From: Lytechinus pictus
Taxonomy: Eukaryota
Length of the DNA stretch: 64,000 bases
Reading direction: 5' to 3'
NCBI RefSeq assembly: GCF_037042905.1
Contig: NC_087257.1
Location: 3,410,001 to 3,474,000 of the forward strand
The notes beneath the pieces are model-generated. The model saw only the letters and a list, made by a program, of their open reading frames with translations. It had not been told where the DNA came from and did not search any database. This document shows, in pieces, positions 11,901 to 24,404 of the stretch. Position 1 is the first letter of the stretch. Every line of letters starts with the position of its first letter. Made by a program: the position numbers and the translations under genes.

Positions 11901-12420
11901 AATTTCTGTCATAGTCATGATATGGCTTGCTGTCCTTTTCTACAAACATGGTTTTAGTTGTCGGGCATAATATGTAACCAGCCACCCTAAAAGCAACAAT
12001 AAGTCGCCAGGAAAGGTTCTCATTAACCTGTTCACTACTGAATTATGTGATTCCCATAAGCTTTGTACATATTTCGCCCATTTTCAGTAGGCAGTGGGTT
12101 AATTAGCCACAATAATAATTTGGTCTTCAAAAATTACAATTTCAAAAAGTAGCTTATATCTAATGGAGTGATTCTTATCCTTCATACTATGATTATTTTT
12201 TTAATTGAATCTTTTACCGGTCCTCGCTATTCTTATCAGTATTGCACAGTATGTAGGCCCTACATTATGTTGTAGATGTTTGAATATCAACTAGGGCCAT
12301 TAATTCAAACATGCAGACATTTTTATTGGTCCCCCACTTTTCTTAATCTGTGTTGTATGTATTGTGGAAATAAATGAAACAGTTTTTTTTCCTATCAAAG
12401 CTACAGATACTTCATATAGT

Positions 12421-12580
12421 TATGGCTCAGCCACATTTCACCTGAGGTGGCCGTACGGCGAGTCGAAAATAGCTGTTTGAACATTTTTGTACCAGCTTCC
12501 TGTATGTGGTTCATTCAGAAATCTGTAAAACGGCTGTTTTTTACTCACCGTGTGGACGCCGTAGGGGAAATGTGACTGCA
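12421..12580. mobile_element. Decayed copy of the 44589-44757 palindromic MITE
   Basis: cacatttc...ggccgtacggcgagtcgaaaatagctgttt ... gccgtaggggaaatgtgac. Confidence 0.7.
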
Positions 12581-12589
12581 AAATCAATT

Positions 12590-12690
12590 AATAATAATAA
12601 TAATAATAATATAGGGTATTTATATTGCGCACATATCCACCTTGTTAGGTGCTCAAGGCGCTCCTATATTACCCGGCTAAGCTAGGCGTT
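12590..12690 (-). mobile_element. SINE 3' tail fragment
   Basis: (ata)n tract followed by tttatattgcgc...gctcaaggcgc..attacccggct, resembling the tails at 46291 and 56034. Confidence 0.6.
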
Positions 12691-13187
12691 CATAGGCGTT
12701 CAATTAGTGAGTGAGACACAAAACAAAGCCTCTAGATATTAACTGGCATAATGTAATGCAGAGATACATGTATAAATGTTATCATGTAGGGTAGGCCTAC
12801 AAGTATTTTGAGAAATTCCTATTCATACAGGCACTACAATTATTTTAACAAACAAGAAATATCAATAATATTACAGAAATGATAACAGCTACATATTTTG
12901 TATAATGATGTTCAGTCACAGTCAATTTTCAGGCATCTTGCATTATATTGACTAAATATCGAGAATACAGCTGTCTTTTTCAGGCCCTCAAGCAATGGCA
13001 TTGTAGGTAAATGAATAAACTCCTTGAAATGTATTCTTGTTCCCTTTGAAGGATCGTCATGAAAGATTAATGGAAGATCGATACTGTATCTCTTTTCTCT
13101 TTCTAAGAAAAAATATTTAAAAAATCAATGATCTGTCCTTCTTCTCTTTCACTCTTTCTCTCAGTCTCTCAATATATCTCCATCTCA

Positions 13188-13615
13188 TTAGGTGGTTTCA
13201 GACTGCCTCGAAGTTCGTCAGTTCCAGGTATATTCTGATCGGGAAATTTACCCCGATCAGAAAATACCAGGTAATATTGGCAATGTGAAAGCAAATTACG
13301 CGTAATCTCCCTGAAAGAAAATACCCACTAAATAGTAGGTACTTGTCAAAATTACAAGAACTTTCGCGGGGATTTTTCCAAGGTCGCAGGTATTTTGGCA
13401 ATGTGAAAGCAATTTACAGGAACTTTTAGCCCAGTGTTTAGTTGGATGCGGGCGCCGTGGGTGGCTGCTGAGCTAGTGATTTTGAATCTCGCGCCTTGCT
13501 AGCTTACATGTATCAGACCATACTGCGCATGATCTTAACTTCAGGAACTTATCCTGAAGGGTATGTTTCAGGGCAGTGTGAATGCAGGAATAATTAATAG
13601 GTATTTTTTAGTTTA
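13188..13615. mobile_element. Partial Harbinger-like foldback MITE
   Basis: tta|GGTGGTTTCAGAC start, internal palindromes (ctgatcggg...cccgatcag), repeated caatgtgaaagca subunits. Confidence 0.5.
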
Positions 13616-14144
13616 ATAGTGTCATAATATTTTCTGCATGATATTTGCAACATGTCCTTTATAAACAGAGGCAAACACACCAAATTGTCAAGAAAACAAT
13701 GAATTTATGTAATATACATTATATCTAGAAAACATTTTGAAGAAACATGCAGTTTAGATGTGGGTGTTGCTGGCTTTCCACAGTTGAGTTTGATCAGATC
13801 AATCGCAGCTCTTTGTAAGACGGGGCTCTGTATAGACCATCTTGGATTTATCAATGCTTACAAACTTGTAGATTTGCTATATCAGCAGTTGTAGACATTT
13901 CTTTTGAAGGGTAGACATTAAAAAAATATCCTTTACTGCTCCTAATATGTTAAGTGAACTAATCAAGTATTAATTGACATGGTAAACAAAAGTGTTTTAC
14001 TTTTGGTCCAAATGGCAAACTCAATTTATCATAATCAATTGCTTACAAAATTTGAATATTACTTTTTTAAATTGAATAAATGAAATAGCTTTAACTTTCA
14101 TTAAACTCTTAAACAACGACCACATAGCAAACCATGCATGTTGT

Positions 14145-14742
14145 TTAAAGGACAAGTCCACTCCAACAAAAAGTTGATTTGAATAAAAAGGGAAAAATCC
14201 AACAAACATAACACTGAAAATTTCATCAAAATCGGGTGCAAAATAAGAAAGTTATGACATTTTAAAGTTTCGCTTAATTTCACAAAACAGTTATATGCAC
14301 ATCCTGGTCTGTATGCAAATGAGGAGACTGATGACGTCATCCACTCACTATTTCTTTTGTATTTCATTATATGAAATATTCTAACTTCTCCTCATTGCCA
14401 AGTGAAACAACGATTAATTCCTCCCTGAACATGTGGAATTAGCATTGTTTAATACTATATGGTTCAGTCAAGTTGGTCCTTATTGTCAAATTTGAAAAAA
14501 ATGAAATATTGTATAATTCAAACAATAAAAAACAAAAGAAATAGTGAGTGAGGGACATCATAGACTATCTCATTGCATGTCACTCAGTTGTGTATATCAC
14601 TGTTTTGTGAAAAATAATCGGAACTTTAAAATGTCATAACTTTCTTATTTTACATCCGATTTTGATGAAATTTTCAATGTTGTGCTAGTTTGATTTTTCT
14701 CTATTCAAATCAACATTTTTCTGAGGTGGACTTGACCTTTAA
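14145..14742. mobile_element. TTAA-flanked long-TIR MITE, family K2 copy 1 (Kolobok-like)
   Basis: TTAA|AGGACAAGTCCAC...GTGGACTTGACCT|TTAA with TIRs of about 220 bp; highly similar to 24405-25007. Confidence 0.9.
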
Positions 14743-15225
14743 GATATAAAGAGGCTGTTGATTTTTTTATTGCGTTGCACGTATTCTGTTACTCCCACAC
14801 AGAAATAAGTTGAAATTATGGATTAAGATTTTGAAGTCACTTAAATCGCCTTGATTCATTTGAGAAGAACCTTGCCCTTTAAATGTTTGTCAGGGATAAT
14901 TCTCGAGGTTTTGAGTAATTTTCCTCCCACCTTCATCTAAATCTGTCTTGAACCTTAATACACTAATGTATTAGAACCAGGGAAAATAATGCACAGGGGC
15001 TCAGGGCAATTTAGCCTAGCCTCCCCCTGAAATGCTCAAAAGAACTGTGGAAAATAAAAGAGAGACCCCCCAAATCCTCATTCACTGCAGTGTAAAAGCT
15101 CATAGAATCCAATGTTGCAGATCTTGGCAGAAGGTTGTGAAAAATCATTTATTGCTCGGCGAGTCCACAGCGAGTACTGTGGTGTTTATTTGGTGTACAT
15201 GGAGGAGAACACCAGTCCTTTTAAT

Positions 15226-15402
15226 CAGGTGGGTGTTTCATAAAGCTATTCGTAAGATAAGAGCGACTTTAAGAACGACTGGTGATCCTTTCTTTTGGTA
15301 AATGGTACTCACCATTGATGATTATTCAGCGCGTAAGAAAGGCTCACCAGTCGTTCTTAAATCGCTCTTAACTTACGAACAGCTTTATGAAATGGCCCCC
15401 TG
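15226..15402. mobile_element. Harbinger-like palindromic MITE
   Basis: cag...TTTCATAAAGCTATTCGTAAGATAAGAGCGACTTTAAGAACGACTGGTGA / TCACCAGTCGTTCTTAAATCGCTCTTAACTTACGAACAGCTTTATGAAA...ctg. Confidence 0.85.
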
Positions 15403-16940
15403 GTGTTGAATTTGTGGTATTATTAGTTCAAAGCCTATGGATGTTATTACAACACCTTTAGTTGTTTCTTTAAGACTCTTTGGTGTTATGTTCAATGTCT
15501 ATGATATGATTTTTACACCCTAGGGTGTTACTTTAGGGACACCAACTGACGTCAGTTTTTAACACCTTAATTTTTTCAATGTCAAATCAGCAAAAAAAAA
15601 ATAGAAGTTGTTTATGGTTCAGATTTCCATTTAAAGAATCATAACATAATTATTGTAAAAGATGTAACACCAAAGGTTACTTGTTTGTGAATGTTTAACT
15701 TTGTGAAAAGTTATAGGCAAAATAAATTGTATGTCTTGCTTTCATGAAAGCTGCCAATGAATAATTAGTAGTATCTGCTTTTATACATGTACATAGCATT
15801 TAATACATGATAGTGACATTTCTAAGCACTTAATAGAAAATAAGAACCCATACAAGTATTAGTGATTATTTCCATGTCTTTAAAAGTGCTTTATAGACAA
15901 ATTAAAACAGTAAATTTCTGCATGTAAGTATTGGTGGTTCTTTTCAAAGTACATCTCTAATTACTTAAATTTACATAATACGAATTAGACCTTTAACTTG
16001 ATATAGATATTAACTTGATATAGATATTGGGTTTGTTCATGTAAATTAAGTAAATTGCCCTATATCTGTGATTGAGTGGTGTTTATGACCTGTTTGATTT
16101 GCCCTGCGTTTGTCGTCAATACGCCGCAGCTTTCAAACAGCTGTAAAATAAGTCAAGTGCCTCGAATTACATATAAATGGGGTCCTTTTGAAAGTCATGA
16201 TATGCAGAAAGCCAAGATCTTGTACGACCACAATTGAATTACCCAATCTCATATTTCCGTCCCCTTAATTCGATAGGTAATTCATAAAGGAATGAATATG
16301 CGCTCACGAACGGAGCTTTCCTTCTCATCAAATGGAGGGAATGGGGGAGGGGGGGTTATGATCAATGCATATTTGACTTTTTTCTTTAAACACCAAAGCG
16401 TGGAAACCTAATATGGTATGGAAAAATATGGGCGGTAAGTGAAGCGCCCATCAACGCCGCTTCTAAAACCATTTCGGATATTCAATTGCATGTGCCTATT
16501 GGCGCTGGTGCATATCTTTATGGAAGCGTCAGTGCGGTATGGCCGGAAGAGTTTTGGGGGCGGATAGGGTTGAATTGGTGTGGTTCTGGATTCCTGGCGA
16601 TCAAGCTCACAAAGATGGTGTTTTGTTAAGAGAGTGTTCCCTGCCTTATGGATGCATGTATTGTATTGATGAGCGGAGCGAGCCATTGTTCTGACAACAG
16701 AAGGCATTCACCACTTCAAGAGAATGTTTTTCATTTCGCCTCTCCATTCAAAACTTTCCTTTGGCCAATGGAATATGGATTGGATGACCAACATTTGTTA
16801 ATAATAGCATTCTCTCCTAGTCTCCTTTGTCAGATGGCCGTATTTCATATTAAAAAAAATCAAGAAAATATTGAACAGCAACAATAAAAAATGAATTTAC
16901 TATTCCTTTAAAAAAAATTATTTTCAACAATATTTAATTG

Positions 16941-17542
16941 GATGTTGTTTGAAGGTTTGCATGGTGGTATGTACAATCGCTGATGTGGTTTACGGTACAC
17001 CATGTGAAGTGTTGTAGAAACAGTGGATAGGAGAAGAGAAGAAATGGATAGGCGAGAAAGTGGAGATTTGAGAGTAGAGTATTCTTTCTTGAAAGTAGTC
17101 CTGAAAAGGACTGTAAACCAGGAAAGATTGCTGAGTTGAGAACAGCTTGAGTAGTAGAGCTAGTGAGGAGATGCTGGCTTGAGTCGGCGAGTAGAGATGA
17201 TGAGTAGTAGAGAGACTCGACGTTTCGGGCAGGTTGACTGTCCGTCTTCCGTCTTCATCTCCTGAAGACGGAAGACGGACAGTCAACCTGCCCGAAACGT
17301 CGAGTCTCTCTACTACTCATCATCTCTACTCGCCGACTCAAGCCAGCATCTCCTCACTAGCTCTACTACTCAAGCTGTTCTCAACTCATCAATCTTTCCT
17401 GGTTTACAGTCCTTTTCAGGACTACTTTCAAGAAAGAATACTCTACTCTCAAATCTCCACTTTCTCGCCTATCCATTTCTTCTCTTCTCCTATCCACTGT
17501 TTCTACAACACTTCACATGATGTACCGTAAACCACATCAGCA
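16941..17542. mobile_element. Palindromic Penelope-like element remnant (inverted pLTR pair plus one-sided tail)
   Basis: 279-bp arms 16979-17257 and 17263-17541, 5-nt spacer TCTCC, two mismatches seen. AATATTTAATTG is duplicated at 16929-16940 and 17543-17554. Unpaired 38-nt extension at 16941-16978. Hammerhead-like motif at the centre. Confidence 0.8.
17259..17304 (+). ncRNA. Minimal type I hammerhead ribozyme-like motif (PLE type), possibly disabled
   Basis: CTC-CTGAAGA-(CGGAAGAC)-GGACAG-TCAAC-CTGCCC-GAAACGTC-GAG: core CUGANGA and GAAA, stem II with one mismatch, palindromic ACGT stem III, 3-bp stem I CTC/GAG. A 7-nt GAAGACG duplication follows the core. Confidence 0.6.
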
Positions 17543-18385
17543 AATATTTAATTGATCAAGAAGAATTAGGTTTTGATCACAAAAAAGAAATAAATATTTA
17601 AGAATTTACAGCACTTTTCTATATATCTACATTTAGCCTACATCTATTTTACTAGTGCAAAAATGTATTATTTCTTTCCATTCCCTCCAAAATAATGGAA
17701 CAAGTTGCCCGTTTTTCATTCTTTACTCCATAGTTTAAAAAAATGTCAAATTTCTTCATTAAAACTTATAACTCCAATTCAGCTTTATTCTGATACATAT
17801 CAAGGGCTATAGTGATTGTAACATTTTATTTAGTTTAAAGAAATTTAAAGTAGTGGAGCCTGTATGAAGAAAGAGGCATATCACGTGAAGAAATGCAATA
17901 AGTCTGACGCGCAAGAAAGAGCCTCTCAACAGTGTTCAGACGTCAGCACTCCAGTCCAACGGAAGGTGTAGTTTTCACGCCGACAGGTCAAGAGGTCGTT
18001 TGAGGTTTCTGGATAGAGAATGCATTTATAGGTATTATGTGGATGATTTGATGAGGGCTTGCAATACATAGTTCTTGGTAAAATTCTCTGCAGTTCGTTA
18101 CCCTCCCAATTCATGAAAATATGGATATTGGAGGCATTCTCCTCCACTTGTTTAAGGTGCAAGAACATGGCAAGATACGTTTTAGGATATTTGGAGCTCG
18201 AAGAATTATTGAGTGTCCATTTTTTGAAAAGCATATATGTATTGTAGTGCTTAAGAAAAGGCCATGCAACTTGTTATCCCAATTTTTGAAACATGAATAT
18301 CGGAGGCATTTTCCTCCACTTGTATAGGTTTGCAAAAACATGACAACTTAGATACTTTTTAGGATGATAACATGTTGTGGGTCAA

Positions 18386-19341
18386 TTTTTGTCTCGCAGA
18401 GCCAGAGCGAGACTATAGGCGCCGTTTTTTCAATGTCGACAGGGGCGGTGTCAACATGAAATCTTAACCGAAGGTTAAGTTTTTTATCTTAACCGAAGGA
18501 AAAGTTTTTGAAATGACATAGATCATAACTTACAAAGTGTATGAACCAAGTTTCATGAAACTTAGACATTAAGGTTATTCAAGCATTATTGAATATCCTG
18601 CCTGAGTTTCAGGTCACATAACCAATATCAAAGGTCATTTAGGGTCAATGAACTTAGACCATGTTGGGGAAATCAACATCAAAATTTTAACCTAAGGTTA
18701 AGTTTTTGAAATGTCATTATAACTTAGAAAGTATATTAACCTATATTTCATGAAAATTGGACATAAGGATAATGAAGTATTACTGAATATCCTGCCAGAG
18801 TTTCAGGTCACATGACCAAGGTAAAAGGTTAATGAACTTTGGCCAAGTTGGGGGTATTGTAGAATTGCCATCATAACTTTAAAGGTTTATATGCGTCAAG
18901 TTCATAAAACTTGAACATGAGAGATAATCAAGTATCACTGAACATTCTGTGGGAGTTTCAGGTCTTATGACCTAGGTCATTTAAGGTCAATGTATTTTGA
19001 CCACGTTGGGGGTAATTGCTGAATTGCGACCATGTCTTTGAAAATTTATGGATATAGTTTATAAAATGTGGACATAGGGGTAATCAAGTTAGACTGACAA
19101 GTCTTAGGTCACATGACCAAGGTCAAATGTCATTTAGGGTCAATGAACGTAGTATGCAGCGCTTTGTAAGAGAAAGGAAAAGGCACTATATATCAAACGA
19201 CCTTTTGATTGGATTGAATTATTATATCATATGAATAGTGTTTTTTGTGAATAATTATTCTATAGTAGTTTTCAAAGTCAGCTCTGCTGCTATATTAAAT
19301 CGCATGATGCAGGCAAGACTGCCAGAGGCGCTCCACTTGTT
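18386..19341 (+). mobile_element. Helentron-associated (HINE/DINE/Tsp-like) element, family H2 copy 1
   Basis: ttttt|GTCTCGC...GCGAGAC 5' IR, internal tandem repeats rich in aggtca, 3' end tgcaggcaagactgccagaggcgctccacttgtt. Homologous to 52068-52724. Confidence 0.8.
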
Positions 19342-20305
19342 AAAAGTACTGGCTTCCCCCCCCCCCACCCACTTTCCGGGGCTTAGCCCCCATGTCCGAG
19401 TGCAGTATTCCCTATATCTAGATCCATAAAAGAGTATATGACAAATGTATGGCAGAGGCGGAGAAAAAAAAAGAGTTTGAGTGCTTTTTGGTAACTTATC
19501 CCCTGGCTGCTCCTTACAAAAGACTTTGATTTCACCGTGGATTTTCTGAGAATTAAATAATGGAGGCGTGGTGTCCATTGCTTGTAATGCTGTCCCGTGC
19601 CCATGCTCTTAAGAATCAAATAGCGGATTGAGATATATAAGAGAGAGATAAGCATGCTTTTTATCTGATTATGACCATTCTTTCCTTCCTATGGAATGCT
19701 TTGGTTTTTTTTGTCCTTGGAGCAAGTTCATCATTTCATCTGCCTTTTAACTTATTGGAGGTATGTTAAGATCCTGAGATTTTGAAGTATTGAATAACAT
19801 TGCCTTGACCTTCTGTAGAATTGATGTAGGCCCTATGGCAAGGTTTTTTGTTGTCAGTTGCCTTCATGTTTTTTTGTCAACTGATTCTAATCTCCAGCTG
19901 AAATGTAAGATTTTGGAAATTACGATGTGATAAACAAATGAAATTATTATGTTATTTATTTATATGCTGAAATAGATTTGCTGTCAATTTGATCACAATG
20001 TAGTATGATATATTAAGAGGAATGACTTCCACCGCAACCCTTTTCCAGTGTTTTACAGAGTAAGGTGGCAAAAATTTTGAGGGGGCGAGACCTGGGACAA
20101 AATTTCTTTTAAAAAAGCTGCGTGTAGCAACAATTTTGACCTTTTTAATACAAAAGTCTATTTTTGTGACAGATTTTGACATGATATTTAAAAAATAATA
20201 TAATTTACCCCCTGTTCCTTTCCTTATCTTTTCTTCCTTTTTTTTTCTTGGTTTTGGGGGTTCATGGCCCCCCCCCCCCCTCAAAGCAGCCCACCATCTG
20301 TACTC

Positions 20306-20581
20306 CAGGGCTCCGTCTTACAAAGAGTTGCGATTGATCTGATCAACTTCAAGTATATGGAAATCCATCAATGTCATAATTTTCCTTAAAGAAATCTGCT
20401 AAATGTCCTTTGAAAACAAAGAGAAGCAAATTGACTTGTCAAGAAAACAGTGAATGTATGAATATACATCAGTTCTAGAAAATATTTTCAACAAAACATT
20501 TATTTTAGATGTTGACATTGCTGGCTTTCCATAGTTACGATTGATCAGTTTAATCGCAACTCTTTGAGAGACGGGCCCCAG
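20306..20581. mobile_element. Harbinger-like MITE, family C copy
   Basis: cag|GGCTCCGTCTTACAAAGAGTTGCGATT...AATCGCAACTCTTTGAGAGACGGGCCC|cag. Other copies at 20632-20885, 39001-39401 and, partially, about 13620-13830. Confidence 0.85.
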
Positions 20582-20631
20582 TGCTGTAACAGCAGGTCTC
20601 TCAGCCCTCCGATATAATATGTTGGGGCACA

Positions 20632-20885
20632 CAGGTGCCCGTCTTACAAAGAGTTAATCAACCACAACTATGGAAATCCAGCAAAGTCAACATCTGAAAT
20701 GCATGTTTATTCCAATTATTTTCTCGGTATGATGTATATTCATACATTCATCTTTGACAATTCAGTGTGCTTCTCTTTGTTCACAAAGTACATTGTGCAC
20801 ATTTTCTGGGGGAAAATTTATGATATTAATGGATTTCCATGTAGTTGATGTTGATTGGATCAATCGCAACTCTTTGTAAGACGGG
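20632..20885. mobile_element. Harbinger-like MITE, family C copy in opposite orientation to 20306-20581
   Basis: Same TIR (cccgtcttacaaagagtt/aactctttgtaagacggg); body is the reverse complement of the neighbouring copy. Confidence 0.85.
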
Positions 20886-21090
20886 ATTCCCCTACTCTTG
20901 TAAGTTCTCAACCTGCAAATCCGCTGGCTCTTTACTGTCCATTTAACATCCAATCCAAGGCACAGTGTTTCCAACTGAAAAATAGCTTTTGTCTATGAAA
21001 CAAGGGAGAGGCACGTTGCCACAACATGCAGGCTTTATCAGTCATCCAGGGTGGACTTGAACCTCAGTTCGACAGCCAGATGCTTTGCTT
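20886..21090 (-). mobile_element. Older partial copy of the Deu-domain SINE
   Basis: Reverse complement reads aaagcatctggctgtcgaac..ggttcaagtccaccctggatgactga..ctctcccttgtttcataga..ggatgttaaatgga..caagagtagggga, colinear with 2478-2715. Confidence 0.75.
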
Positions 21091-21428
21091 TTTCGCCTCA
21101 TCCAACTTGCTCCTTTCAAGTTAAATATTTGAGATGAAAAATTATTCTTTCTGATTCTGATTCAGATTCTTTTCCCTATTTTTATCCCTGTCTTTGCATC
21201 CCCCTAAAAGTGGCACCTGCGATCCCCAATTACACCACCGATCATCAGTTGCTAGGCAACCATTTCCTCTGGTCATCACCCATCAATAAAATCCTCATAA
21301 ATACAACCCAGTTTTGATTCAATTCCCTCCCACCATCCCATCCCAGTAATCATCAATTTCCTGATCTGTCCTTCCCTTTTAAAGGATTAGTTCAGTAGAG
21401 GGAGAGATGTCTCTGTGGATATTCTACT

Positions 21429-21787
21429 GGTGACACGACATTTGCTCCTGCGACATTTGCTCCGGTCTTGATATCTCAGATGGCATAGGGTTAGAGTTAG
21501 GGTTGTAAATAGAGATTTTGGTTCAGAATATTGTGAAGATTAGGATTAAGGTTTATTTAGTTTTGGAGGTTAGATTTTTATATTTGGCTCAACATGCAGA
21601 TTTTCCATTGCCATTTGAGCATCAGGGGAGCGTTTCATGAAAGGACTTGTCTGACGTTTTATCAGACATGTCCCATTTATCGGACAGTTACTATGGTAAC
21701 AGTGCCTCTAAACCAATCAGATCAAGGAAAGTTATCAGATCTGACAACTTGTCGGACAAAAATATTGATGAAACGCTCCCCCGAACC
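21429..21787 (+). mobile_element. Family T element copy 2, with nested Harbinger-like MITE at 21623-21783
   Basis: GGTGACACGACATTTGCTCCTGCGACATTTGCTCC start, tagggttagagttagggtt core, terminal gaacc after the insert. The insert has GGGAGCGTTTCAT/ATGAAACGCTCCC TIRs. Confidence 0.7.
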
Positions 21788-24404
21788 TATTGCTGAGTTT
21801 GGCAATTATACTTTGTTCCCCTACGACAAAACAAAAAAAAACAACTCATTGAAATTTGCCAGAATTCATGAAAGGAATGTAACACAAATTGGACACACAT
21901 AAGTCTTTTTATTCATGCAGAGAAATACGAGTGTGTTTTCAGCAGGATTTTATTGCCTTTAAAGCTACTGATCTATCTTTTAAAGCAAATACAAGCCATT
22001 AGCTTTGTATAGTGCCACCTGAAGTCTTTAATCACTCAAGTGTGACCAGGTTCCTATCCCATAATGCAACATTCTAGGCAGTGTAGTCTTACAATACTGA
22101 CCCAATTGAATCATTACACATTAATTCACTGCTCAATACACACGTATTACAATAAATACATTACCAAGTATCAAAACAGAGAATTTTCCTGTCAATTTTT
22201 TTTTAGTTTTGCCAAACAAATAATTTATTGGCTAATACATTCTCTGTATTATAAATATCTATTTTGTAAGGTATATTTTGATTCTAGCTATTCGTAACAC
22301 ACAGTCAATGAGAAACCACTGAAAGTGTTGGTCTGTCCATTCCCCTTTAAATTCTCCCCCTTCTCCTTGCAAATGCTCCAATGCCCTGTTCAGACAAGAG
22401 AAATTAGATGGATGAGTAATCAGGGTTTCCATATGTCTCAGCCAAAGTTACATTTCCTGGTCAACTCTGTGGGAAACATAAATCTCCCCCAATGACTTTG
22501 TAAACTAAAAGCTGAAAATCATATCGTACAGTGGCCGGAACATGTTTGCAGAAAGTGGGAGGTGTGCCAACTCCATGAGTAATTGAGAACAAGAAGCATA
22601 TTTAGTGAAATATTGAAATTACAGAGATTATATAGCTAAAAATAGTAGTAAAAGGAGTTTATATTACTTATGGTTTTTTTTGGAAATGTACTTTTCCAAG
22701 AAAGATGACACATGAGGTTGCAAATTACCTTCATATTTTTCACAATAAGCCCCTCTCTGTTATCATTTTGTATGATGCAACATGCAAATCTGAACCAATT
22801 ACAAATTTTATGGATTTATTAAGAAATTTGAAATTATTCATCCTTTAAATAAAGTTACCAATATATTCTTATAAGATCCGATCTTCATTGGAAAATAATT
22901 ATTTGTACTAATCTCACCTTTACTACTTTACTTTGCTAGTATTTTGTTGAATGATAATAAATAAACCTGGATGTATCTGATAAAACTTTGAATTTCAGTT
23001 TGTCTGAACGAAAGGTAAATTGGTCCAAAATTGACCCCCGAGCGCTCTCTATTTTCCTTGATTTCCTCATCTAGTATCTATAATCTCTCACTCATTTGAC
23101 CCTCCGGTAGATTTCACCTCCAAGCTGCAAAAATAGCTCCCGCTATAATTTGATGTAAACTTTCCTGGGCTGAATCTATTGATTATCAAATTAATACTCC
23201 CGCTTCAAACAGTACCGCCTAAGTAAATACTGCCCTCGTCAGTTCCCAGGCCAACGTCCTGCGAGTGGGATGCTGAAATCAAATATTAACAACGTAGAAA
23301 TATAACCACTTCATAGCCACAAACCAGGGTAAAATCAATATATTTGAATATTTTCATAACATTGTCAGTTCGCTTATGATGATGATAAAAAGTTTATACA
23401 AGCCACACACTGTCATCTGCACAAGAAAGTATAGGAATTAATTTCCCTATTTGTGTTCTTATAATTGGGAAATAAGCAAAGGGTATAAAACTCTGAAGGC
23501 TAATAAAAATGGCGAATAACTTAATTTTTATTAAAAACAAGAAACAGAGGCAGGATTCACTGGCCTGTACTATATGAGTTATTGAAATATTGTTATTTAA
23601 TATTCCGTTAGTACCAAGTTTAGACAAAAACCAAGATATTGCCTCATGAATATTACCCATCTATTCACATGCAGTCAGTTTCTAGTCAAAGGAATATTCA
23701 GATATATATTATCATTCTTTAACTGCAACCTTTTTGGGTTAAGATTAGTCTTCTTTTTTTAAGTTTACTCAAATTATTTTTCCAAGGGAAAAAAAAATCT
23801 GTGATTTTTTAATACTTTATTTGATAATCTATGAACAAATTTTTCCTGTTCTTTCTTTGACCATTAAAATAGATTGTATTGTACTAATTAAGAGACAATA
23901 AATGTGTTGAAAGTGGAAAATGAGCATTTTGATTTAACCTCATTCGAAGCAATTTAACATTTGAAAGCTTAATAGAAAAATAGGTCAGAATGTTTACAGA
24001 AAACTAATGCAATCTATGTTAATCAAATTTAAATTATGTGCTGAAATATGACTGTATGCCTTTTATTTCTAAATCCTGCAGACTTTGGATACTCCCATTC
24101 AAAAGATATATATACAGGCAGGCATAATCCCCTGATAATTAAAGGGGTATTGAACTCATAACACAGTACAGTAACTCCCTTATCATAGATCAATTGTGGA
24201 ATAAGTCAATAGGATACTTTTATTCATATCCAGCTGCCTTTTATCAAACGATATGAAATATTTTGTGAATTTTTACTTAAAATATATGAAAGTCATTTTA
24301 TCTTAGCATACTGATACTGGCAAACATTGTGGTATGAATATAGTGAAGGTGGGAAAGTGAGTATATATTATAAGACTACATATCAAAATGTTGCAATATG
24401 GATA

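Noticed and set aside
16648-16887. ORF ending KNQENIEQQQ as the preceding adenylyl cyclase exon (expected ...ENQQQ)
   Set aside because: Ends in TAA rather than a GT donor and lacks the expected QR.AF.ETR motif. The upstream exon was not found and probably lies before the window.
16990-17530. Pair of near-identical 98-aa ORFs on opposite strands
   Set aside because: Mirror products of the palindrome; TTG starts and no recognisable protein motif.
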